Below, one piece after another: positions 41,233-50,447 of a stretch of DNA of 64,000 bases (within the stretch, counting starts at the first letter, position 1; each line of letters starts with the position of its first letter). Origin of the DNA: Candidatus Thorarchaeota archaeon. Lineage in GTDB: Archaea > Asgardarchaeota > Thorarchaeia > Thorarchaeales > Thorarchaeaceae. The position numbers and the translations under genes were made by a program. The notes under the pieces are model-generated. The model saw nothing but the letters and a program-made list of their open reading frames with translations, did not search any database and had not been told where the DNA came from. The stretch covers positions 64,001-128,000 of the forward strand of contig JBHIAE010000002.1 in NCBI GenBank assembly GCA_046758445.1, read 5' to 3'.

Positions 41233-41376
41233 GTTGATTCTCCCCTTAGACGTTTCTCCATCACGCTCTCGAAGACGATATGAAGTAAAGGTTGTGGTGG
41301 AGAAAAGAAACTCAGACCCCTGCTACATCATTCGCATCAACTAGGATTTCCTGTCAGAAGAAGGCATGTTAGTGCT

Positions 41377-42333
41377 TCATTCTGAGTTACTTCTGCTTCT
41401 TGAGATCTTTGACTTTAGGAGAATCATCTCTCCAAGGAGTCTAGTCTTGTCTACCTGGACTATTGGGTCCTGTTCTTCAGCGATTCTGGCGATCTCCATG
41501 TTGAGTGAATTCATCTCGGTTTCACGACGGTTTCGAATATCCTGCAGAGTCGAGATTAACTGTCCATCAGCTGCTCTACTAATAGTAAGCATCTGCTGTT
41601 GTAGTTCGTCAATATCCAGATTGATGCCGATTGCGGAGGCAACCGAAATGCATTCCTTCATTACCTCCAAAGCAATCTGAGCCACATCGCCATCCCGATG
41701 GAATATACCATTGTCCACTTCAAGAAGGGGGCAAATTGAGTTGAAGACAGAGTTTAGGATTGCTTTCTGCCAGATCTTCTCCTGAATCTGTGCCTCAGCT
41801 GAGAACTGAAAGCCTGGTGTATTCAGCGTATCCACTATCTTCTGCAGGTTTTGAGAATCTCCTCTAACAATTCCTATTGGTGAGGCAGTAACTGGCCTGA
41901 ATTGAATCACAAATTCATCTAATCTCTGGCTCGTGGAAAAGAGAATGCATCTGTAGATCTCAGAAAAGCCTGCTTTGAGAAAGGGCTGTTCCACTCCCAA
42001 CCCATTCTGCATGACAACCAACGGTGATGATAGCTTCTTTCTCGAGAGTTTCTTAGCAATCGGCTCATTGGCATAGGCTTTGGACGCTATGACAACAATC
42101 CCATCCAGACTGTCTTTCTTCTCAAGCGAGACCATGGTTGCCGTTACTTTGGCCAGCTTGTCTTCCGCAGTCTTCATTGAGATTGTAATCGCCTCTTCGG
42201 CAACATCATCTCTACTGGTTCTGACAAGCAGAACATCTCGGTGTTCCAACTTCAGATGAGCAGCTAATGCCAATCCTATTGCGCCCGCACCAAGAACATA
42301 CACTCGGTCAGTCACAAGGGCTGAATACTGCAA
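41377..42333 (-). CDS. 2-dehydropantoate 2-reductase family protein
   Basis: GAGAIG, KAY, QNGLG, WQK..LN, STLQD...RETE. Confidence 0.85.
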   Translation of the reverse strand: MQYSALVTDRVYVLGAGAIGLALAAHLKLEHRDVLLVRTSRDDVAEEAITISMKTAEDKLAKVTATMVSLEKKDSLDGIVVIASKAYANEPIAKKLSRKKLSSPLVVMQNGLGVEQPFLKAGFSEIYRCILFSTSQRLDEFVIQFRPVTASPIGIVRGDSQNLQKIVDTLNTPGFQFSAEAQIQEKIWQKAILNSVFNSICPLLEVDNGIFHRDGDVAQIALEVMKECISVASAIGINLDIDELQQQMLTISRAADGQLISTLQDIRNRRETEMNSLNMEIARIAEEQDPIVQVDKTRLLGEMILLKSKISRSRSNSE

Positions 42334-42375
42334 CTTCGATATAAGAACCCTAAGAACAACGAAATCTCAGGGCAT

Positions 42376-42422
42376 GATGGTGCCGAGGAGATTCAAACTC
42401 CTGAGTCCCCATAGGAGTGGAT
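42376..42422 (-). repeat. degenerate copy of the tRNA-Leu 3' half (att-like)
   Basis: GATGGTGCCGAGG---AGATTCAAACTCCTGAGTCCCCATAGGAGTGGAT versus GATGGTGCCGAGGGGGAGATTCGAACTCCCGAACTCCTACGAGAGTGGAT at 43360. Confidence 0.8.
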
Positions 42423-42468
42423 TTCCCATTGACGAATATTAAAATGTCCATCAAAAGACCCGTAGACT

Positions 42469-43257
42469 ATGATGGACGAGTATCTGAATAGAGGCATTAA
42501 GGAGATTATCACTCAATTTCCGAGGATAGGAGAAATCCTTGACGAGTTCAATATTGGCTGTGGTCCCTGCAGCGTGGGAACGTGCCTATTGAAAGATATA
42601 GTGGAAATACATCACTTGATTCCTCAGGAAGAGGAGCAACTGATGGCTAGGATTGCAGGCGTCATTTTTCCTGAGGAGGGATCTGAAGTCCCGGAATTGA
42701 GAACACCTATTCAGACTTCGAAGGAAATATCGTACTCTCTTCCGATGAAGAAACTGGTAGATGAGCACAAGCTGATACTCCGGTGGGTATCTTTGATCCC
42801 TAAGGTCATTGAGTCCCTAGAAACTGAGATAGACTCGGAACTGATACTCGAAGGTACGGAATTCATGCAGTTCTACGCCGATAAGTTTCACCATGCAAAA
42901 GAGGAAGATGTGCTCTTCAAGTACTTTGATGAAGGAATAGAGATTATCAAAGTGATGCATGAAGACCATACGACGGTGCGGGCTCTGAGAAAGGCCATCC
43001 GTGAGGCCCTAGAGAAGAAGGACAAGGATGCCATTGCAAGGGGCCTTGATTCATATCGGGAACTTCTCATCGAACATATACGGAAGGAGGATGAGATTCT
43101 GTACCCTTGGTTGGATGGCCAGATGTCTAATGTTCAAACGAACGAACTGCTATCCAAGTTCACTGAGATTGATGAAGAATCAAAGAACACATCCACGAAA
43201 TATGAGCAGTTCATCTCGAGAACCGAGAGGAGATTCGGTCTAGCTGATGACGATTGA
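42469..43257 (+). CDS. hemerythrin-domain protein with N-terminal CxxC domain
   Basis: GCGPCSVGTC; EH, HH.KEE, DH, HI.KE...LY hemerythrin ligands. Confidence 0.82.
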   Translation: MMDEYLNRGIKEIITQFPRIGEILDEFNIGCGPCSVGTCLLKDIVEIHHLIPQEEEQLMARIAGVIFPEEGSEVPELRTPIQTSKEISYSLPMKKLVDEHKLILRWVSLIPKVIESLETEIDSELILEGTEFMQFYADKFHHAKEEDVLFKYFDEGIEIIKVMHEDHTTVRALRKAIREALEKKDKDAIARGLDSYRELLIEHIRKEDEILYPWLDGQMSNVQTNELLSKFTEIDEESKNTSTKYEQFISRTERRFGLADDD

Positions 43258-43361
43258 GTTGTATCATTGTCACACTCGCATATCATCTGAAATCTTCTGA
43301 CGGCTTGGATTAGCGAACATCAACTTGCTATCCCTTTGTAGCTAAGAACAGAACCTGTAGA

Positions 43362-43479
43362 TGGTGCCGAGGGGGAGATTCGAACTCCCGAACTCCTACG
43401 AGAGTGGATATCTCATTGGAGTTAAGCGATGCTTATTTGATCTTGAGTCCACCGCCGTTGGCCGCTTGGCTACCTCGGC
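43362..43479 (-). tRNA. tRNA-Leu(CAA) with 32-nt intron (43410-43441) at 37/38; CCA encoded
   Basis: GCCGAGG/CCTCGGC acceptor, GTGGA-CT-CAA-G/intron/A-TCCAC, long variable arm, BHB helix CTCA/TGAG. Confidence 0.95.
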
Positions 43480-43610
43480 ACACATGGGGCTTGATTTCGT
43501 ACTGTTGCCATATAGCCGTTTTGGACTCTCCAACAGCTCGCGACTAGTGACACAGGTTATATGGGTTCGAGTGAATGTGTTTCATGTACGAGGTATTGGG
43601 AAGGGATGTT

Positions 43611-44381
43611 TTGTCAGACTCGATAGACATCAGTACACAAAAGCTATCGAAGAGCTTCGGGAGTATCCGAGCACTTGTCGACCTTGACTTGGAAGTCCGA
43701 CGGGGCAGCACGTTCGGGTTCCTAGGTCCAAATGGCGCTGGAAAGACCACCACCGTCAGAATCCTGTCGGGCCTGTTGAAGCAGACGAGTGGGAGCGCCA
43801 CCGTCTGTGGTTACAGTATAGACAGTCAAAGAGATGAGATTAAGGCTGCAACCGGTCTTCTACCTGAAACTCCCGGTCTCTACTCGAAGCTTTCAGCAGT
43901 GGAGTTCTTGGAATTCATCGGGGCCCTCAACGACATGAGCGGCGAAGCAGTCCACAGACGTATTGATAGTCTTCTGGAAATCCTCGGTCTTGAGGGTAGA
44001 CAGAACGACTTGCTTGAGAGCTACAGCAGCGGGATGAAACAGAAGGTCCTCGTTGCATCAACTATCCTTCATGAGCCGGAGCTTGTCTTCCTGGATGAAC
44101 CCACGTCGAGGCTAGACCCATCGGCAAGCGCCCTTGTGAAAGAGATAATCCTAGCGTTGGCCAAGGAAACTAAAACAACGTTCTTCATCTGCACTCACAT
44201 GACTGATTTTGCAGAGGATGTCTGTGAAATCATAGGAATACTGAACGAGGGAGTCCTGACTACACTGGGCCCTCCGAATGAGATTGTAAATAGAGTCGGA
44301 GCCCATGACCTAGAAGAGGCGTACCTCAAGATTGTGGGCGGTGAGGTGGACCGAACCAGACTCCTCACTTGGAGGGACTAG
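43611..44381 (+). CDS. ABC transporter ATP-binding protein
   Basis: GPNGAGKTT, YSSGMKQK, LDEPT, H-loop. Confidence 0.93.
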   Translation: MSDSIDISTQKLSKSFGSIRALVDLDLEVRRGSTFGFLGPNGAGKTTTVRILSGLLKQTSGSATVCGYSIDSQRDEIKAATGLLPETPGLYSKLSAVEFLEFIGALNDMSGEAVHRRIDSLLEILGLEGRQNDLLESYSSGMKQKVLVASTILHEPELVFLDEPTSRLDPSASALVKEIILALAKETKTTFFICTHMTDFAEDVCEIIGILNEGVLTTLGPPNEIVNRVGAHDLEEAYLKIVGGEVDRTRLLTWRD

Positions 44382-46036
44382 GCTTGGCCAGGAAGTGGCT
44401 AGCAGTCGCAAAGGCCGAGTTGTTTGTACAGACGTCCAGATTTCGCCGCTGGCGCAAGGGAGTAAGTCTATTCTTCTTGTGCTTCGGTGTTCTCTGGGCT
44501 CTCTTCATAGTACCCACACTCATGTCAACTATTCTTGCAGGGCTTGGCTTGACAGTTGAGATGCTGTTCATGGCAAGTTTCCCGAGCTTGATGCGCTCTG
44601 CGATGCTCCTGCTATGGATCATCTTGCTAGTCTATCCTATCTCTTATGCGCTGCAAGAGATACGAATCGGCCAGTGGGAGATTATGCTCAGCAACAATGT
44701 GAGTACGCGCGACATGATGTTTGGGATGTTCGCGGGGAAAGTGCCGAGCTACGGGCTCCTTGTTCTCTACATCGCACCAATCATGCTCTCGCCCTTCACA
44801 CTCATCTTCGATGTCAATCCACTTGGCCAAGCCATTATGTATCTCGTCATCTTCTTCGTGGCACTTGGCACCTTATTCCTGTCCAACCTTCTGACTACCG
44901 CAATTCAGGCGAAGCTAGGCGAATCATCCCGAGGAAACGACATAGCGAAAGGGCTCGCCATGGTCGTTGCTGTTGTGGTTCTAGCCCCAATGTATGGACT
45001 CATGTATTTCGCCGATTCGATGTCTGCAATTCTCGGCATGGACGTCTTTCTTCTCTTTCCGTTTACCTGGGGAGCCGACATCATCTCATGGACCGTCATT
45101 GTCTTTAGTGGTCTGGGTCTGGCAGCAGATACCTTCTTGGGATTTCTAAAGCTGGATGCAATCACGAATCTGACGCTGATAACCGCGTTCACCGGGTGCA
45201 TTGTGGTCCTGGCTTTCATTTCTGCGGACAGGATCTTCAAATTCGGTTCAGGACCGAGAACAGAGAAGATCACTACTGTCGGCCAGGAGAACTTCATTCT
45301 GAAGAGCATAAGGAGTGCTTGGCCGGGACCGTTTGGGGTCATGGTTGTAACCACTATCAAGGAGTTCAGCAGGAAGATGCAGAATGTTTCCAGGCTGATC
45401 TACGGTGTGGTACTCTCTATACTTCTTCCTGTAATCTTGAACTACTCCATCTCGTCTATTCCCGAGGAGCCTCCGGCTGGAGTGCATGAGCTCATCGTGA
45501 TGATTACCATTATCATGTTGGGGATGATGCTCGCCATGATTAGTGGAGTCACATTCGGGGGAATCGGATTCCTTGAGTCCAAGAGCCAACTCTGGATAAT
45601 CAAGTCCGCACCGGGCGGGGCCTGGAAGTTTGCCAAGGCTCGAGTCGCGGAGTCACTGCTACTTGCCATTCCGTTGGCGATAGTACCCTCAGTAGCTGTG
45701 TCAATTGTCTTTAGGTTTGGGGTGATCGAGTTCGTCGCCATGATGGCTTATACATGGTGGTCAATCTCTGTGGCCATCTTGCTCAGTACTGGCATCACTG
45801 CAAACAACCCTGCCTACGAGGACCAGAAGAGTAGTGCGTTTTACATGAACACCTTCGCATCTGTCTTCTCGATAATGATCATTATGATGCTCTCGCTCTT
45901 TGCAGGATTTGCTGCGACGATGACTTTCGCGAGTCTGCCGCTCTTCCTGGTCGTAGCCAGCACGCCCCTTGTCGTCATTGGGTTCGGTGTCTACACCATT
46001 GGCATAGGAAGAATGTCGAGAACTGATATCACCTGA
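44369..46036 (+). CDS. ABC-2-type exporter permease
   Basis: About 13 TM segments; overlaps the ATPase gene. Confidence 0.75.
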   Translation: MEGLGLARKWLAVAKAELFVQTSRFRRWRKGVSLFFLCFGVLWALFIVPTLMSTILAGLGLTVEMLFMASFPSLMRSAMLLLWIILLVYPISYALQEIRIGQWEIMLSNNVSTRDMMFGMFAGKVPSYGLLVLYIAPIMLSPFTLIFDVNPLGQAIMYLVIFFVALGTLFLSNLLTTAIQAKLGESSRGNDIAKGLAMVVAVVVLAPMYGLMYFADSMSAILGMDVFLLFPFTWGADIISWTVIVFSGLGLAADTFLGFLKLDAITNLTLITAFTGCIVVLAFISADRIFKFGSGPRTEKITTVGQENFILKSIRSAWPGPFGVMVVTTIKEFSRKMQNVSRLIYGVVLSILLPVILNYSISSIPEEPPAGVHELIVMITIIMLGMMLAMISGVTFGGIGFLESKSQLWIIKSAPGGAWKFAKARVAESLLLAIPLAIVPSVAVSIVFRFGVIEFVAMMAYTWWSISVAILLSTGITANNPAYEDQKSSAFYMNTFASVFSIMIIMMLSLFAGFAATMTFASLPLFLVVASTPLVVIGFGVYTIGIGRMSRTDIT

Positions 46037-46101
46037 CTTGCACACCATAGACCCAGTCATCAGAAATACGACATACGAGAACTCCCGCCAAGACTCAGAT
46101 A

Positions 46102-46404
46102 TCACTCTGCAAGATACGGTCTGATCTGGTCATAGAAGTCTGCGAGTATCTTGCTCTTGGTTTCCTCAGTTTCAAGAATGAAGAGGCGAATCTGTTGGCC
46201 AACCTTGATCTCCTTGACAAGGCCCATGTCAACAAGAGGCTGCATGACGCGATGAATGGTTGAGTGTGCCAACCCAGTTTCCTTTGCAATCCTGCTTAGA
46301 TTGAAGAACTCCTTGGGACGGTCCAGGAAGTGCTGAACTACCCTAGTCTGGGCACGGGATGCAAACACCTTCTCAAGTAGTCTCTTCAACTTATCAGTCT
46401 CCAT
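46102..46404 (-). CDS. winged-helix DNA-binding protein
   Basis: NLSRIAKETGLAHSTIHRVM..LV..GLV. Confidence 0.8.
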   Translation of the reverse strand: METDKLKRLLEKVFASRAQTRVVQHFLDRPKEFFNLSRIAKETGLAHSTIHRVMQPLVDMGLVKEIKVGQQIRLFILETEETKSKILADFYDQIRPYLAE

Positions 46405-46411
46405 TCTGGAA

Positions 46412-47107
46412 TCATTTGTCCGGTTCATGTACAATCTCGCTTCCTATCTTCTCCCCTTTCACAATGCGAAGAAGATTCTCTGGCTCATTCCCATTGAATA
46501 TCACAGTTGGAATTCTTGACCGTCCCACTACTCTAATTGCCACAGGATCGAATAGCTTGTACTCCCCGGCACGGGTTCCGGTTCCTGAGAGTATCTTGCT
46601 GAGCTCGTCTACATTGACTTGGTCTAGCTTCTTGGCTCCAGACTCCTTCGGGTCCCTGTCGTATATGCCGTCAACGTTTGTAGCATTGAATAGCATGTCC
46701 GCCTGAACCGTTTCGGCTGCAAGTGCGGCCACGGCGTTGGTAGACTGACCAGGTGTCAGTCCTCCCATGAGCACAACTTTACCAATGCAGATTGAGGTTT
46801 CAAGCTCATCAAGGGTTTCTACAATCTTGGGATATGCAATATTGCCGAGAGCGGCACCCAAGAGATCTGCATTGTTTCTGGCAACTCTGATACCAAGCCA
46901 GTCGCACTGTGCTTCGCTGGCTCCAAGTTCTCGTGCTGCCGCGATGAAGGTTCTCGCGGGCTTGCCCCCACCGACCACAATCACCATGCTATTACCGTCC
47001 CTGACGAAGGAGTCCACTGCCTTGGCATAGGCTCTCATCCTGTCTGTGAGAATCTGGCCCTTGTCGTCGTACAGGAGTGAACCTCCTAGTTTCAGAACGG
47101 CTCGCAT
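46412..47107 (-). CDS. pyrH: UMP kinase
   Basis: LKLGGS, VVGGG..AR, PGQSTNAVA, TNVDGIY..DP. Confidence 0.95.
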   Translation of the reverse strand: MRAVLKLGGSLLYDDKGQILTDRMRAYAKAVDSFVRDGNSMVIVVGGGKPARTFIAAARELGASEAQCDWLGIRVARNNADLLGAALGNIAYPKIVETLDELETSICIGKVVLMGGLTPGQSTNAVAALAAETVQADMLFNATNVDGIYDRDPKESGAKKLDQVNVDELSKILSGTGTRAGEYKLFDPVAIRVVGRSRIPTVIFNGNEPENLLRIVKGEKIGSEIVHEPDK

Positions 47108-47407
47108 TTGCTGTCCCCTGTGGCAATCTCCGAACAATTACCTTTCCTGATGTGGATTAAAGAAGCTTTCTTGAATGGACAGGTTTGCCGATATTTCGAA
47201 AGTCGATTGAGTTTACTAGATAGTGTGTTTCTTACATTCTATTGTGATTGAACACCAACAGGAAGAAACTTCTGTGGCGTGCCACCTTCCTGCCATTGTC
47301 ACCAGCCCTCTTGCGGGAAACCATTCTATGGAAGTTTCTCAATGGGCTCAGTCTTCTTCGTGGGGCTCTTTGGAAACCTGCGAAATCTTCTTTCTTCAAG
47401 ATTCGTG

Positions 47408-48409
47408 TCAGCGTGCTAGGAAATCCATTTCCTCCCAGTCTGAAGCTGTGTTCAATCGATTCAAATCGTCGTCAGAGATACTAATCTCGAGTGCGCCAAG
47501 ATTCTCGTTGAGTTGTTCAACAGAGTTGACTCCAATGATTGGCGCTGTTATGGTGTTTCGGCTCAGAACCCATGCCAGAGCAATCTGTACAATACTGGCA
47601 TCGCTATTTGAGGCAATCTCCTTGAGAGTATCAACGATGCCAAAGTTTCTTTCCTTTGCATATCGAGTCTGTATTGTTTCGGCTCGCTCAGACTCGGGAG
47701 CATTCTCTCTAGTGTATCTTCCCGTGAGAAATCCTCCACCAAGTGGACTATAGCTTATGACCCCAAGGTTGTATCTCCTAATCACGGGTTCTAGGTGTTT
47801 CTCAAAGTCCCTTCTCCTAGCAAGACTATAGGGTGGCTGGAGAGACTCGTACCTGACAAGTCCATACCTATCGCTAATCCAAAAGGACTCCATGAGTTCC
47901 GCTGCAGTGAAATTTGAAGCCCCGACATAGTGAACCACTCCGTCGTCCACAAGCTTAGTGAATGCGTTCAATGTTTCCTCTTGCGGAACTTCGTCGTCAA
48001 ACCAATGACTCTGGTAGAGATCAATCCACTCCGTCTGCAGTCGGTTGAGGCTTCTGTCAGCTGAGTCAAGAATATGTCTTCGTGAGAGGCCTACATCATT
48101 CGTTTTGCCACTCATCTCTCCTCTGACTTTGGTTGCCAGGACAAGGTCGTCCCTGACTCCACGATCCTGTATCCATCGTCCAACGATTTCCTCTGACTTT
48201 CCTGGATGCGATTTGTCTGCCCACTTAGAATAGATATCTGCAGTGTCAATAGTCATTATGCCTGCCTCGAGTGCTGCATCAAGTATCTTGTGACTGCCCT
48301 CTTCATCGACTATCCATCCCATCTGCATCGTTCCTAACACCATACGCGATATACGTAGACCTGTCCGTCCGAGTTTCATGTACCTCATGAATGAACTATT
48401 GTTAATCAC
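47408..48409 (-). CDS. aldo/keto reductase
   Basis: LGTM, DTADIY, TK, DLYQSH, YSPLGGGFLTG. Confidence 0.93.
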   Translation of the reverse strand: MINNSSFMRYMKLGRTGLRISRMVLGTMQMGWIVDEEGSHKILDAALEAGIMTIDTADIYSKWADKSHPGKSEEIVGRWIQDRGVRDDLVLATKVRGEMSGKTNDVGLSRRHILDSADRSLNRLQTEWIDLYQSHWFDDEVPQEETLNAFTKLVDDGVVHYVGASNFTAAELMESFWISDRYGLVRYESLQPPYSLARRRDFEKHLEPVIRRYNLGVISYSPLGGGFLTGRYTRENAPESERAETIQTRYAKERNFGIVDTLKEIASNSDASIVQIALAWVLSRNTITAPIIGVNSVEQLNENLGALEISISDDDLNRLNTASDWEEMDFLAR

Positions 48410-48695
48410 TTCGAGTTAAGTCTTTCTCCCGTTCCAGTTTCTGCTCCGAAACAGTGTTAGATGAATCCAGGCCGAATACAATTGCCAGGAGTAGACCAGA
48501 CAATGCAAGAAGTCTTGGCACTCTCTTGAGTTGATTCACACACGTTTGAGCTGCAACGCAGCTCACGCAATGTCCTGATCGTAGCTGCTAGGTGTGTCTT
48601 CGAGAACAACAGACTAGATATTGGACCTGTGGCAACTCCATAGTGGTCTTTCAATAGACATAGAGCTGAAAGGCAACCGTGGAGGGTAGAAGGAC

Positions 48696-49268
48696 ATGGT
48701 GGAGAGTGAGATCGTGAGGAACCGTGTGGTTCTACTCCCTCCTCTCCTTCTACTCTTGCAAAATGGAGTAGTGCATGTTTCAGCCGTCACTCTGTCTGGA
48801 AATGCATCAGGGAGCATGCGCATTATGGAGTCAACCATTGACATACAAGATCTTCCAGTCCTGCTATCTCCTATACTAGCAATCAACCTCGTGCTACTTG
48901 TTATCATTATCATTGGCTATCTCGGGTTGACTTGGGGGTCAAATGAGTCTAGGAAGAATACAATCAAACTTAGGACCTCGGTGCTCGTACTGTATTCGAT
49001 AGTCCTCGTCTGCAACGCATTGATATACGCGCTAGGCATGCTTGTCGGGAGCTATCCTTGGGAATACGTTTGTCCAGATATCCTGAAGAATCCAGTCCAC
49101 TTCATGGCCTTTCTCAGTCCTCCAGTGGTACTGATGTATCTTGATACGAGATCAAAGAAGTGGTCAGAAATCATTGCTTCGCTCTCTGGCCCTGCGACGA
49201 TTCTGTTAACGTGGCTGATTGTGATCATCATAGTTTCAGGAACTTGCACCATCTTCCTCTTCAGCTAG
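48696..49268 (+). CDS. hypothetical polytopic membrane protein
   Basis: 4-5 hydrophobic segments; no motif recognised. Confidence 0.5.
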   Translation: MVESEIVRNRVVLLPPLLLLLQNGVVHVSAVTLSGNASGSMRIMESTIDIQDLPVLLSPILAINLVLLVIIIIGYLGLTWGSNESRKNTIKLRTSVLVLYSIVLVCNALIYALGMLVGSYPWEYVCPDILKNPVHFMAFLSPPVVLMYLDTRSKKWSEIIASLSGPATILLTWLIVIIIVSGTCTIFLFS

Positions 49269-49383
49269 TCTGTGGCACGGCGGCGTTTCACACAGTAATG
49301 GACACAAGAGCAATAGACAGCCCGCCAACTCTTTTATGGTTTGGTCTGGAGAGTTATCTGTAGAATCACGGTGGTGTAACCAG

Positions 49384-50247
49384 ATGACGCGAAAGAGAGC
49401 ATGGTTTGTGTCAATCGCAATTGGTCTTCTAGCGTTTGCCTTTGTCACCCTACCTGCGAATGCATCAATTGTCGGAAACACATACTACTTTGCAGCCACC
49501 TGGATAGACCAGACATTTCAGGAGAACGGAGGCCCCATCTATCAATCAGAGGCCGGTGGAGTGTTTGAGGTCACAGTATTCAACGTGACAGAGCAGGGTG
49601 GAGATGACGTCTATGTGTACAACTACAATGGCTTTGACTGGCTTACAGTATCCGTACCTGTAGACCATAATGACACTGTTGATTTCCAAAACAACAAGGT
49701 CTACTTTGACCTCGCGACAACCGATGGTGACGCAGACAACCGCTCTGAGGCGACAGACGTCGAGATATATCCAACGAGATCCTTCACACATCACGGGCGT
49801 CACCTATTCGTTAATCCTGTATGGAGCACGCATGAAACAGACTGGGGCTCGGCCGCTTCCGATGTGACTGCTGATCCAACAGTATCCTCCTTTACCCATA
49901 ACTCGGGCGATGGAAGTTTCTCATTCCGCATTGAGGTCGATATTGAAGACACTGCAGAAGTAGATGGCGACACCCAAGACGTAAACGGTACAGCAGTATT
50001 CACCTTCTCCGCCTCATATGACTCTGATGGAGTCCTTTCCACATGGTCACTCTCTATGCACACGAGTCTACACAACGAGAATTACACATCCGACCACACA
50101 ATCAGCACTAGTCTCGCTAGGACCAGTGGGCTCGGAGGCGCTGTTATATTTGACCCTGCACTGGGTACAACTCTTGCAGTTGCTGGAGGAGCCGCGGTAG
50201 TGGCTCTGGCCGCTGGTCTTGCAGTCGGCAAGAAACGATGGGGATGA
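49384..50247 (+). CDS. acidic secreted surface protein with C-terminal anchor
   Basis: Signal peptide, beta-rich Asp/Thr-rich body, N-glycosylation sequons, TM plus KKRWG. Confidence 0.75.
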   Translation: MTRKRAWFVSIAIGLLAFAFVTLPANASIVGNTYYFAATWIDQTFQENGGPIYQSEAGGVFEVTVFNVTEQGGDDVYVYNYNGFDWLTVSVPVDHNDTVDFQNNKVYFDLATTDGDADNRSEATDVEIYPTRSFTHHGRHLFVNPVWSTHETDWGSAASDVTADPTVSSFTHNSGDGSFSFRIEVDIEDTAEVDGDTQDVNGTAVFTFSASYDSDGVLSTWSLSMHTSLHNENYTSDHTISTSLARTSGLGGAVIFDPALGTTLAVAGGAAVVALAAGLAVGKKRWG

Positions 50248-50447
50248 AGTTTCGCCGCCGAAGTCCAAGAAAGGGAGCACGCGCGTCCCTTTCTCATTCC
50301 GAGATTGAAATCAGAGGCCCGCAGGGAGCGAGTCATCTAAAGCCAATAGAGAAGTCTTTCGAGTTCAGAGCGCTGGACAATTCTGCTTGTCCATAAGTCT
50401 TTTAGGACAATCAGATTTGGGTGCCGTGAGCGGATATAGTCCGCCCC

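Noticed and set aside
47140-47407. Small ORFs between pyrH and the aldo/keto reductase (also 35472-35801 and 26689-26877)
   Set aside because: No motif, RBS or promoter support; they overlap real genes or promoter gaps
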